A DNA stretch of 62,928 bases, filler included. It is 7 parts of 7 records of this genome, joined end to end, with 100 filler letters (N's around TTAATTAATTAA, not from the genome) between each part and the next. Parts side by side here need not be neighbours in the genome. Positions count along the whole stretch, not along the records: positions 1 to 10,872 come from SRR31147125_12253; positions 10,973 to 24,190 come from SRR31147125_12255; 5 more parts are not named here. One strand, written 5' to 3'. This document shows, in pieces, positions 9,960-21,206 of this stretch (its first letter is position 1; each line of letters starts with the position of its first letter). The notes below the pieces were generated by a model. It was given only the letters and a program-made list of their open reading frames with translations. It did no database searches and was not told the DNA's origin. The position numbers and the translations under genes are program-made.

Positions 9960-10612
9960 ATGTTAGGCGGTAATTTTAAGAGGCTACCTATTACAAAATA
10001 TGCTAAAGATGCTAAAACTACAAAATATAGCGCTGGGAGCATTATATTAAGACAAGGTGATATAAACGATCACTGTATCAATATTATTGAAGGAAATGTA
10101 AGGATTGATATTTTAGATGTTAAGGGTAGGGTTAAATTGATTAACATTTTTGATGGAGGTCTTATTGGAATAAGCAGACTTATTTCTGGAGGCACTGTAT
10201 CCGCTAATGTTTATGCTATAACTGACACAGTCGTTCATAAAATTTATAGAGCGGAGTTTTTAGACTTAATAGACAATAATGCTGTTTTCAGAAATTATGC
10301 ATTTATAAATATGGAAAAAATAATAGACATATATATTAACAAGTCTATGAGAGAGGCTTATAATACTACCTTTGAAATATTAACATTTGTATTGTTGAAA
10401 TATATGCGAGAATATGGCGTTGCTCAAGAAGATGGTAGTATAATGATCGATATAGAACTAACTGATGAAACATTAGGGGAAATTGTTGGTGTAAGCAGAG
10501 AAACAATTACAAAAAACCTAATGAAGTATAAAATAGATAAAACTATATCTAAAAAGAAGAAAAAATATATATTCACGATGTTGAAAAACTAGAAGAAGCA
10601 ATTATGTACTAA
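9960..10612 (+). CDS. Crp/Fnr family transcriptional regulator; C-terminal homopolymer frameshift
   Basis: cNMP-binding-like N-terminus (IILRQGD, IIEGNV); HTH LTDETLGEIVGVSRETITK; one extra A near 10560 restores IYIHDVEKLEEAIMY*. Confidence 0.9.
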
Positions 10613-10872
10613 TTTGATTGCGTTTGATTGGATGTTTTCCGTTATATTATACCTATATTATTTTTTTATGCTAAGCGTTAAGCTTAATCCTGTCATATTG
10701 TTTTGAATCTAATGTATCTGTGGTTTTGGACTTTTAACAATACTATTTCATTTGTAATGTAAAAAAGAGCAAATCATGCTTGTTTATAGGCACAATAAAT
10801 ATTTTAGTATAGAACTAAGATACTATCTTTAAGTGGAAATCAAATCGTATAATAATTAGATTTTATAATTAG

Positions 10873-10972
10873 NNNNNNNNNNNNNNNNNNNNNNNNNNNN
10901 NNNNNNNNNNNNNNNNTTAATTAATTAANNNNNNNNNNNNNNNNNNNNNNNNNNNNNNNNNNNNNNNNNNNN
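10873..10972. other. Artificial contig linker
   Basis: 44 N + TTAATTAATTAA (stops in all six frames) + 44 N. Confidence 0.98.
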
Positions 10973-13011
10973 TTTTTCCTCTAAGTGTTGAGTATGAAGA
11001 AAAGATGTATTCTGTAGGTAAAATACCTGGCGGATTTCTTAAAAAAGAAGGTAGACCTTCTGAAAATGCTATTTTAAGCTGTAGATTAATAGACAGACCT
11101 ATAAGACCGCTTTTTCCAAAAGGGTATTATAATGAGGTGCAAATAGTAGCAACTGTTATGTCGGTTGATATGAATATTCCTCCTGTGGTTTATGCTATGA
11201 TAGGTTCATCTGTAGCTCTTAGCATATCAGACCTACCTTTTGCAGGACCTACTGGTACTGTTGTAATCGGGCTTATAGATGGCGAGTTTATCGTAAATCC
11301 TGATTTAGAGCAAAGAGAGGTATCTGACCTTGACCTTACTGTTTCTGGTACTAAAGATGCAGTTATGATGGTTGAAGCTGGTGCGAATCAAGTTGCTGAA
11401 GATGTAATGCTAGAAGCTATTATGCTTGCTCATGAAGAGATTAAAAAAGTTGTTGCATTTATTGAAGACATTCAAGCAAAAATAGGCAAACCAAAAGCGG
11501 ATGCTGTTGTATATAAACCAGAAGTGACTATTGAAGAAGCGGTTAAGAGTTACGCTAAAGAAAAAGTTGACTGGATTATGGAAACATTCGACAGAGAAGA
11601 AAGAAGAGTTAGAGAAAAACAAGTTTCTAAAGAAGTTGTTGAGCACTTGTCAGAGAAATTTGAAGATTGTGAAAAAGATGTTGAAGCTGTTCTTTACACG
11701 ATGAAAAAAGAAGTTATGAGAGGCAAGATACTAGAATCTGGTGTTCGTCCTGATGGAAGAAAATTGGATGAAGTTAGACCTATTTGGTGTGAAACTGGCG
11801 TTTTGGCTAGAACTCATGGTTCGGCTACATTTACGCGTGGTTTAACACAAGCTATGACTATTACAACGCTTGCTCCACTTGGTGAGGGTCAAAAGATAGA
11901 TGGTATTTCTGAACTTGTATTTAAAAGATATATGCACAGCTACAACTTCCCACCTTATTCAGTAGGTGAAACTGGAAGACTTGGGGGTTCTAGCAGAAGA
12001 GAAATTGGTCATGGTGCACTTTCTGAGAGATCTATTGCTCCTATCCTGCCAGATGAAGAGGATTTTCCTTATGCTATAAGAACTGTTGCCGAGATTTTAA
12101 GCTCTAACGGTTCTACATCACAGGCTAGTGTTTGTTCTTCAACGCTTTCGTTGATGGATGCTGGTGTTCCAATCAAAGCTCCTGTTGCTGGTATTGCTAT
12201 GGGTCTTATTAAGGCTAAAGAAGGCGATGATTTAGCTGTTTTAACAGATATCCAGGGTCTTGAAGACTTTTTAGGAGACATGGACTTTAAGGTTGCTGGT
12301 TCTTCTAAAGGTATTACAGCGATTCAAATGGATATTAAAATAAGTGGTATAGGCAGAGATATATTAGAGCTTGCATTGGAAAAAGCAAGAATTGGTAGAT
12401 TACACATTCTAGACAAAATGCTAGAAGTTCTTGCTGATGTAAGAGAAGATATGAGTGAGTTTGCACCTAAGATTATTCAATTTAGTATTGATCCAGATAA
12501 AATCAGAGATGTTATTGGTTCTGGTGGAAAAACGATTAATAAAATTATCGAAGACACAGGGGTTAAGATTGACCTTGAAGATACTGGACGTGTATTTATT
12601 AGTACGCCAGATTCAGAAGCTGCTGAAAAAGCTAGAAAGATAATTGACTCTATTGTAACGGATGTTGAAAAAGGTAATGAATATGACGGTAAGGTTGTAA
12701 GAATTATGGACTTCGGTGCATTTATTGAACTTGCGCCAGGAAAAGACGGATTGCTTCATATTTCAAAGCTTGCTAACGAACACGTTAAAAAGGTTGAAGA
12801 TGTTGTGAAAATAGGTGATGTTATTCCTGTTAAAGTTGCGGAAGTTGACAGACAAGGCAGAGTTAACCTTGTAAGAACAGACTTGCCACCAAGACCACAA
12901 AAACCGGATTTTGATAAAGGTGATTCTGATAAAGCTCCTGATAGAGATAACAACAGAAACACAAAATATAAGCAAAGAAAAAGAGAACGTAAAACATTTG
13001 ATAAAAAATAG
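10973..13011 (+). CDS. pnp: Polyribonucleotide nucleotidyltransferase (PNPase), 5'-truncated
   Basis: Frame open from the contig edge (FPLSVEYEEKMYSVGKIPGGF); RREIGHG, SNGSTS, GDMDFKVAG; KH and S1 domains. Confidence 0.98.
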
Positions 13012-13022
13012 GTTAGTATAAT

Positions 13023-13050
13023 AAAGGGTGGTGCAAACCATCCTTTTTTT
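13023..13050 (+). terminator. Rho-independent terminator after pnp
   Basis: AAAGGGTGGT-GCAA-ACCATCCTTT followed by a T tract. Confidence 0.85.
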
Positions 13051-13231
13051 GTGTTTGAATAATTAACGGATAAATAGTCTGTTATGCGGAAAAGATAGAA
13101 CAGAAAGCTTGAAGGTAACACATTGAAAATAAAACATAAAAAGATAAAAACTCGTAAAACGCTTGAAAATGATGTAAAAAAGCATAAAAACCATGCTTTA
13201 AATAAGGTATATTTAATTATTACACAAAAAC

Positions 13232-13294
13232 CTGTTAAAATTTTAACGAATTGTGCTAAAAGTTCTTGAAACATGACTTATAATATTATATTAT
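13232..13294 (+). promoter_or_regulatory. Candidate Rex operator and sigma-A promoter of gap
   Basis: CTGTTAA-AATT-TTAACGA at 13232-13249; TTGAAA (13266) -N17- TATTAT (13289). Confidence 0.5.
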
Positions 13295-13404
13295 ATTATA
13301 AATGTGTGTGTAAACTGAATAAAGATTTAATTAATCCTATTTATATAGCATTAAATGAAATAATATTAGTCAAGCATTCATAATAGTTTTTTATTTTTAT
13401 TTAG

Positions 13405-14421
<1,017 letters not shown>

Positions 14422-14450
14422 TTTTTAAAAACTAAAGCCTTTAAGGTATT

Positions 14451-14482
14451 AGCCGCTAAGCTCTTTTGGTTTAGCGGTTTTT
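14451..14482 (+). terminator. Rho-independent terminator after gap
   Basis: AGCCGCTAAGC..GTTTAGCGGTT followed by a T tract. Confidence 0.8.
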
Positions 14483-14677
14483 ATTTATATTTTTTTAATA
14501 CGGAACGATTTTTATTTATGTGAATGGCAGGAATCAGAATAATTTAAAAAGATTATAGAAAAAATTGCATTTTATCGAAGGATTGTACATATTTTTTGAA
14601 AAAATGTATTTATAATAAGCCGTTTTTATGTTACAATTGATTACAAGTAATATGCGAGAACTGGGGGTAGGGTCGTA

Positions 14678-15876
14678 ATGTTAACATCAAAAAATGTACT
14701 GGAAAAAAATTCTCTGCTAGTTTTAGAGGATACGATATGCATCAAGTTGATTTCTTTTTGGATGAAGTAAAAGTTCAATTAGAAAAGTATGAAAAAGATA
14801 TGCCTAAACTTGATAAAAAAGCTAACGCTCTTGAAAGTGAAATAAATAGTGAGGGTTATCTTTCTAAGGTTAATAAAGCAAATGATATTGTAGAAAAAGC
14901 AAAAAATGCGTATGATAAGTATATAGAAGATGCAAAAAGAGAAGCACAAGTAATTGTAGAAAATGCTACTAAAAAAGCAAAAGAGATTGCAACAAAGAAA
15001 GAATATAATCCACAGCTTTATAGTTATGATGCTCAAAAGCAGCCGGAAGCTAGCAATAGCATAGATGAACAGGCTATTAAAGCAAGAATAAAAATGGAAT
15101 ATAAGCTAAAGCTTAAAAAATATATTGAAGATGTTGAGAAGAAAGCCGAACAGATTTATAAAAATGCAAAAGATAAAGCGGCAGAAGTGATGGCAGAAGC
15201 TGAAACTATGAAAGCAGAAGCAGAAGCTGTTATGGCGGAAGCTAATAGCATGAAGGAAAAAGCAAAAGCAGAAGCTGAAGCCATAGTTCAAAAGGAAATG
15301 CAAGAGCATAAGCAAACTGTTGAAGAATTGAAAGCACAAGAGCAAGAGATGAGCAGTAAGCTTGCTAAAGCAAATGAAGAAGCTAAAGACATCATTGAAA
15401 AAGCTCAAGCTAAGGCTTCTGATACAGAAAAAATGATGAATATTATGGTTTCAAACTCTAAGCAAAGATTGCAGGAGATTGAGACTAAGACTAATGAATA
15501 TAAAGCCAAGTTTAAGGATATTGTTGACAAGCAAAAACAATTCTTTTCTAGTTTTATGGATAGCAATGATTTAGGTGCTGAAAAAGAAAAAGTTATAAAT
15601 GATGTTGAAGAAAAAGTTGTTGCTCAGCAAAATGTGAATAAAAGCATAGAAAACGAAGTTGAAGAGCAAAACACACCAAATTACTATAATTCAACAATGC
15701 AACAAGTTGATGAAAGTAACGAAGAAGAAATCAAGACTCAAACAAATACTGTTGAAGTGAATCCTGTTGTTGATTTTGTTGATATGAATGATGAAGAAGA
15801 TCAACAGGCACCTGGTTTTTCTATAGATGATGAGGAAAGAAAAAAACTTATCGATGCTATAGATGACATTCTTTAA
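14678..15876 (+). CDS. divIVA: DivIVA-domain coiled-coil protein; frameshift near the 5' end
   Basis: Adding one A to the A7 run at 14703-14709 gives MLTSKNVLEKKFSASFRGYDMHQVDFFLDEV (DivIVA motif); long coiled coil follows. Confidence 0.8.
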
Positions 15877-15900
15877 AGAGTCTCAAAAAACGGAGTAGAA

Positions 15901-16388
15901 ATGTTACATATATCGATTATTATAGTTTCAATTATTGCAGACCAGCTATCCAAGCTTTGGATGGCTGACTTTTTAAGCTCACAAGGAGGATACTTTGTCC
16001 TTTGGCCTAAGGTTTTTAACCTTTTGTATGTAGAAAACAGAGGTGCGGCATTTGGAATGCTGCAAAACTCCAGATGGTTTTTTATTGGGGTTACTATAAT
16101 TGCTGTTGCCTGCGGTATGGTTTATATCTATAAAAACCGAAAAGGTATGCACTGGCTTTTAAACATATCTACTGCACTTATTTTTGGTGGTGCTATTGGT
16201 AACCTTATCGATAGAATATTTTATGGATTTGTAGTGGATTTTTTATATTTTGAGCTAATAAACTTTGCAGTATTTAACGTTGCTGATAGCTGTATTAACG
16301 TTGGGGCTGTTTTGCTTGGGTGGTATATATTGTTTATCCATGATTTTGATGAAGAAGAAAAACTAAAGAAAAAAAGGAAAATGAATAA
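15901..16388 (+). CDS. lspA: Lipoprotein signal peptidase II
   Basis: DQLSK, NRGAAFG, GAIGNLIDR, VVDF and FNVAD motifs. True stop is probably TAA at 16386-16388 (TAATG coupling to rluD); the extension to 16458 looks like an A-run slip. Confidence 0.95.
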
Positions 16389-17305
16389 TGAAAGCAAAAG
16401 TTTGCTTTTGCTACGAATCACGCGAAAAACAGCGTATAGATATTTTTTTAGCAGATAATTTTGATGAGCATTCGAGATCGCATTATAAGACTATGATATT
16501 GGATGGTCAAGTTACAATAAACCAAAAAAGAGTTAAGCCAAACTATATGTTATCGTTTGGTGATGAGATACTAATAGAAAAGAAAAATCCTAAATCAGTT
16601 GTAGTTGAAGCGCAAGATATCCCTTTGGACATTGTATATGAAGATGGGGATATTATTATTGTCAATAAAAAAAGAGGAATGGTGGTACATCCGGCTCCTG
16701 GAAACTACGATGGCACTTTGGTTAATGCTCTTTTGTTTCATGCAAAAGATCTTTCAGGAATAAATGGAGAGTTAAGACCAGGGATTGTTCATAGGCTTGA
16801 TAAAGATACAACTGGGCTTATGGTTGTTGCGAAAAACGATGTTTCTCATAATTCTCTTGCAAAGCAGATTGAAGAGAAAAGTGCAGGTAGAATATATTTA
16901 GCTTTGGTTCATGGTGGCTTTAGGCAAGAAGATGGCGTTGTTGATGCGCCTATAGCTAGACATAGAACAGATAGAAAAAAGATGGCTGTAGTATCGAATG
17001 GTAAGATGGCCAAAACACAATACAATGTAGTTAAAAGATTTAGAGGATATACGCTGGTGCGTTTAAAACTGTTTACAGGAAGAACACACCAAATTCGAGT
17101 GCATATGAAGCATATAGGACATCCTGTAGTATGCGATCCTGTTTATGGCGTGAAAAAAGAAAAGTTTTCTTTGGATAAACAGTTGCTCCATGCTGAAAAA
17201 TTGATTATTAAACACCCTAAAACTCATAAGACTATGGAATTTGAAGCTGAAATTCCGAGTGATTTTAAAGGTGTTTTAAATAAATTAAAACCTATTGATG
17301 ATTAA
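16388..17305 (+). CDS. rluD: RluA/RluD family 23S rRNA pseudouridine synthase
   Basis: S4 domain; VHRLDKDTTG and GRTHQIRVH motifs; follows lspA. Confidence 0.9.
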   Translation: MKAKVCFCYESREKQRIDIFLADNFDEHSRSHYKTMILDGQVTINQKRVKPNYMLSFGDEILIEKKNPKSVVVEAQDIPLDIVYEDGDIIIVNKKRGMVVHPAPGNYDGTLVNALLFHAKDLSGINGELRPGIVHRLDKDTTGLMVVAKNDVSHNSLAKQIEEKSAGRIYLALVHGGFRQEDGVVDAPIARHRTDRKKMAVVSNGKMAKTQYNVVKRFRGYTLVRLKLFTGRTHQIRVHMKHIGHPVVCDPVYGVKKEKFSLDKQLLHAEKLIIKHPKTHKTMEFEAEIPSDFKGVLNKLKPIDD

Positions 17306-17390
17306 GGAGATGAAGTCTTGCTTGTTAGGTCTGGCATAATATTCAAAAAGGTTATGTTGGGCTTTTTTAGACGAAAGGATTGTTTTGTTT

Positions 17391-18833
17391 ATGAATAAAA
17401 AAGTTTTAATAGTTATTATTTTATTGTCAGTTATGTTATTTGGTTCATGTGCTGCGATTGAAAAGGTGGTATTTGATAGGGTCGAAGATAAGACAGATGA
17501 AGTGGAAGAAACTCCTGAGCCGACACCGACACCGACGCCGACACCAACGCCAACACCGACGCCGACTCCTGAGGTGGAGCCAGAGCAAACTGAAGAGCTG
17601 CAAGAAACCGAGGTTGCAAAAGAGGAAAGAGAACCAGGACCTTACGGGGATGGCATGTATGTTATTGAGGAATATAATAATGAGTTTCCTGAAAATGTGC
17701 CTATCGATTTAAAATATGATGAATACGATTTTAATTTAAACTATGTTGTGTTTAAGCAAAATTCTGGTGTTTTTGAAGATAGAAATATTAATTCTGCTAA
17801 TGTTAAGTATATAAACAGAGGAACTGACGGAAAACTTTCTAATGAATTTTATTATGGTGAAAGAGTTGAAGTTACAGCTAAGCTTGAGGGTATGGATAAC
17901 GGATATGAAGACCCTGTAAATTGGTATAGACTTAATATAATAAAGCCAAAGTACGAAGAAGAAACTGTTGGTTACGCTAATGCTTCTTTATGTAGCAGAA
18001 GAACGTTTCAACTTGAAAAAGCATATAATGAGATTTTGGAACTTGCAAAAGAGATCAACGATGAAGATACTTTTTATGTGAATGTGGCAAACAGAAGCAA
18101 TGATAACGGTATGGCGCCAGATTCTGGGCTTAAAAATGACTTTGATAAAGTTGTGGATAAATTTGGAGTTTTACAAGATCAATCTGTGCCCGCATATTAT
18201 GAAAAAGATAAAGATGGCGAATTTAGATATATCCCAGATGGAACTTTAGTAAAAGTTTTGGAGGTATCATCTAACCTAGAGGATTTATCCGAAGTTTATA
18301 TTCCTCAGTATGATAAAAACTTCTTTATCCCAAGAAAATATCTATACTACAAAAATTCGGAAAAGTTATCTACTATAGAAGAGCTTACTCAATGTATTGT
18401 TGTTGATAGATATAATTTAAATGAGATGTATTTTGAGGTTGATGACGAGAGCGGTGAGTGGGAGCTTGTTTCTACAAATTATGTCTCTACAGGAGCAGAA
18501 ACCGAACACGCTGATCCGACGCCACTTGGATACTTTGGTGTTTTAAAGGTAAAAGATTTATTTGAATATCCGTCGGATACAAACAGCAGACAAGAAGATG
18601 GGTATGCACCATATGTCTTAAGGTTTTCTGGTGGAGCATATATTCATGGTGTACCTGTAAAATACACGTATAACGATGATGGGACAAGGGAGTCTGGCAG
18701 AGAGACAGAAAGTCATCCAAGCCTTGGTGTAAAACCAGAATCTCATATGTGTGTAAGAAACTATACAAGCCATGCAGAGTTTTTGTACAAGAGAATTAAG
18801 TTTGGTGAAGCGGCAGTTATAGTTATGGAATAG
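17391..18833 (+). CDS. Lipoprotein L,D-transpeptidase (YkuD domain) with a Pro-Thr linker
   Basis: Lipobox LFGSC; TPLGYF; YIHG..SHMCVRN catalytic His/Cys. Confidence 0.88.
   Translation: MNKKVLIVIILLSVMLFGSCAAIEKVVFDRVEDKTDEVEETPEPTPTPTPTPTPTPTPTPEVEPEQTEELQETEVAKEEREPGPYGDGMYVIEEYNNEFPENVPIDLKYDEYDFNLNYVVFKQNSGVFEDRNINSANVKYINRGTDGKLSNEFYYGERVEVTAKLEGMDNGYEDPVNWYRLNIIKPKYEEETVGYANASLCSRRTFQLEKAYNEILELAKEINDEDTFYVNVANRSNDNGMAPDSGLKNDFDKVVDKFGVLQDQSVPAYYEKDKDGEFRYIPDGTLVKVLEVSSNLEDLSEVYIPQYDKNFFIPRKYLYYKNSEKLSTIEELTQCIVVDRYNLNEMYFEVDDESGEWELVSTNYVSTGAETEHADPTPLGYFGVLKVKDLFEYPSDTNSRQEDGYAPYVLRFSGGAYIHGVPVKYTYNDDGTRESGRETESHPSLGVKPESHMCVRNYTSHAEFLYKRIKFGEAAVIVME
17520..17570 (+). repeat. Coding hexamer repeat (CCRACN)x8 encoding a (Pro-Thr)n linker
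   Basis: ccgaca ccgaca ccgacg ccgaca ccaacg ccaaca ccgacg ccgact cct. Confidence 0.9.
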
Positions 18834-19097
18834 TTTTTGAAAGAATAGTAAAAATTAAAAATATACGCTTATAGTATTAATTTTACAAAAAACACTGCTA
18901 TTCGCATAAAATGTACATGTTTTGCATAATAGTAGTTATTAAATATTCACAAAAATCTTAAAAAATTTATTTGATTAATATTAAAAAGTAGTATAGTATA
19001 TTGATATAATTGGCAGGATAGGCGTTTTAGTTTTGTCTTTTGATTATAGGAATTATAGTTTTTATGCTTTTACAAAATGAATAGAAAAGGAGTGCAT

Positions 19098-19445
19098 ATG
19101 GTTGATATTAATAATTCTTTAGGTAGGATTACATATACTGATGAATGTCTTAGTGATATTGTTGGGCTTTGTGCAACAGAATGTTATGGTATTGTTGCGA
19201 TGTCATCAAAGAGAGCTGTTGATGGTGTTATTGAGTTTATTAAAGGCGACAATCCTAAAAAAGGTGTTAAGATAGAAGTAGTTGATGAAGCCTTGAAGAT
19301 TGAGCTGTATGTTGTAGTAGAATATGGGGTTTCTATTGCTGCTGTAGCAAAAAACATAATACACACAATTAAATATAAAGTTGAAAAATTCACAGGTTTA
19401 AAGGTTTGTGATGTGAATGTTGTTGTGGATGGAATAAGGATTTAA
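19098..19445 (+). CDS. Asp23/Gls24 family protein (YloU-like)
   Basis: ATECYGIVAM and YVVVEYGVSI motifs; lies before the DAK2 gene; ATG follows SD AGGAG. Confidence 0.9.
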   Translation: MVDINNSLGRITYTDECLSDIVGLCATECYGIVAMSSKRAVDGVIEFIKGDNPKKGVKIEVVDEALKIELYVVVEYGVSIAAVAKNIIHTIKYKVEKFTGLKVCDVNVVVDGIRI

Positions 19446-19460
19446 AAGGGAGATAATAAA

Positions 19461-21095
19461 GTGGTATATAAGGAAATTACGGGGTCAGTATTTAAAGAAA
19501 TGATAAATGGCGCTGTATCTTTGTTGGAAAAAAATAAACAAGGACTAAATGATTTGAATGTATTCCCTGTTCCTGATGGGGATACTGGAACAAATATGTC
19601 TATGACTATGATGTCATCTTTGGCAGAAGTTAATGCTTGTGATGAAACTACAATAACAAGTGTTGCAGATGCTGTTGCGCTTGGAGCCTTAAAGGGAGCA
19701 AGAGGAAACTCTGGTGTTATTCTTTCACAGATTCTAAGAGGTTTTGCAAGAGGTCTTGAAGGCGACATTGATGTTATGGAAAAGGACCATTTAATAAAAG
19801 CTTTTGAAAAAGCTAGTGATGCAGCGTATAAAGCTGTTATGAAACCAAAAGAAGGAACGATTCTTACGATTATAAGATCAATGAGCGAATATGCTGTTAC
19901 AAAATATGAAGAGAAAATTGATGTATATAGCCTTTTGGTAGAAACTATTGTTGCTGGTGAAAGGATGCTTAAAAAAACGCCAGACATGTTGCCAGTTTTA
20001 AAAGAAGCGGGTGTTGTTGATGCTGGTGGCGAAGGGCTTTTGGTTCTTTTTAGAGGCATGCAGGCGGTTTTGGATGGCGAAGAGATTGACAATATTGAAT
20101 TAGATATGGGCGAAGTGAGTGTGGAATTTATTGATGTTCATGAAACTAATGCTGGTGAGATAGAGTTTGGATATTGTACTGAGTTTTTTGTAAGAAACCT
20201 ATTTGATTTTGTTGGAGAAAATGAAACTGATGGTTTAAGAGAAAGCCTTATGGAGCTTGGAGATTGTGTGTTGGTTATTGGTGACCTTGGCATGGTTAAG
20301 GTTCACGTTCATACAAACAGTCCTGGTCAGGCTTTAGAGCTTGGAGCTAAGCTTGGAGAACTTTCAAAAATCAAAATCGATAATATGCGTGAGCAAAGCA
20401 ATGATAAGCTTTCTTCTGATAGACCAAAAGAAAAAAAACCAATTGGATTAGTAGCTGTTGCTTCTGGTACAGGTATGGGAGATATATTTAGAGACTTTTT
20501 GGTTGACGAGGTTATCCAAGGTGGTCAGACTATGAACCCAAGTGCAAAAACTATTGCAGATTCTATAGAGAGTTGTCCTTCTGACAATGTTATTGTATTC
20601 CCTAACAACAAAAATATCATAATGGCAGCAGAGCAAGCTATGAACTTGTCTGATAAAAAGGTATATGTTGTACCATCAAAAACATTGCCGCAAGGGATTG
20701 CTTCTGTTTTAGCGTATAATCCAGAAATGGATATAGATTATAATATTAAACGTATGACCTCTGCACTTTCTGATGTTAAAACTGGTCAAGTTACTTTTGC
20801 TGTTAGAGATGCTAATGCTAATGGTCATAAGATTAAAGAAGGCGAAGTTATGGGTATTAGTGATGGTGAGATTGTTTGCCATGACGAAGATGTAAAATCT
20901 GCGGCTATGAGTTTGCTTGAAAACATGGTAGATGAAGATGAAGATGCTGTCATCACAATCTTTTACGGTGAAGATGTTTTGGAAGAGCAAGCTAATAAAA
21001 TGGCAGAAATGGTTGAAGAAAAGTATGACGATTTTGATGTGGAATTACATAATGGCGGTCAGCCAGTATATTCTTACATTTTTTCAGTGGAATAA
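19461..21095 (+). CDS. DAK2-domain fatty acid kinase subunit A (YloV/FakA-like)
   Basis: LNVFPVPDGDTGTNM, GARGNSGVILSQ, GGQTMNPS and GGQPVY motifs. Confidence 0.95.
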   Translation: MVYKEITGSVFKEMINGAVSLLEKNKQGLNDLNVFPVPDGDTGTNMSMTMMSSLAEVNACDETTITSVADAVALGALKGARGNSGVILSQILRGFARGLEGDIDVMEKDHLIKAFEKASDAAYKAVMKPKEGTILTIIRSMSEYAVTKYEEKIDVYSLLVETIVAGERMLKKTPDMLPVLKEAGVVDAGGEGLLVLFRGMQAVLDGEEIDNIELDMGEVSVEFIDVHETNAGEIEFGYCTEFFVRNLFDFVGENETDGLRESLMELGDCVLVIGDLGMVKVHVHTNSPGQALELGAKLGELSKIKIDNMREQSNDKLSSDRPKEKKPIGLVAVASGTGMGDIFRDFLVDEVIQGGQTMNPSAKTIADSIESCPSDNVIVFPNNKNIIMAAEQAMNLSDKKVYVVPSKTLPQGIASVLAYNPEMDIDYNIKRMTSALSDVKTGQVTFAVRDANANGHKIKEGEVMGISDGEIVCHDEDVKSAAMSLLENMVDEDEDAVITIFYGEDVLEEQANKMAEMVEEKYDDFDVELHNGGQPVYSYIFSVE

Positions 21096-21117
21096 TATAT
21101 AAATATATAAAATTTTT

Positions 21118-21165
21118 AAAGGCTTAAAGTTTTTGTTTTAACAAATTGCTTTTAAGCCTTTTTTT
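21118..21165 (+). terminator. Rho-independent terminator after the DAK2 gene
   Basis: AAAGGCTTAAA..TTTAAGCCTTT followed by a T tract. Confidence 0.7.
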
Positions 21166-21206
21166 GTTATAATAACCTAATAGTAAATATTATATGCAAG
21201 GGGTAT

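Noticed and set aside
10917-10928. Recurrent TTAATTAATTAA motif as a biological repeat
   Set aside because: Always flanked by exactly 44 N on each side; it is an assembly linker with stops in all frames
12756-13274. 172-aa antisense ORF and the many other shadow ORFs in the track
   Set aside because: They overlap well-supported genes on the opposite strand or frame and lack motifs
17520-17570. Tandem repeat as a CRISPR array or mobile-element feature
   Set aside because: In-frame Pro-Thr linker with wobble variation; I saw no CRISPR array, tRNA, rRNA, transposase or integrase anywhere in the window
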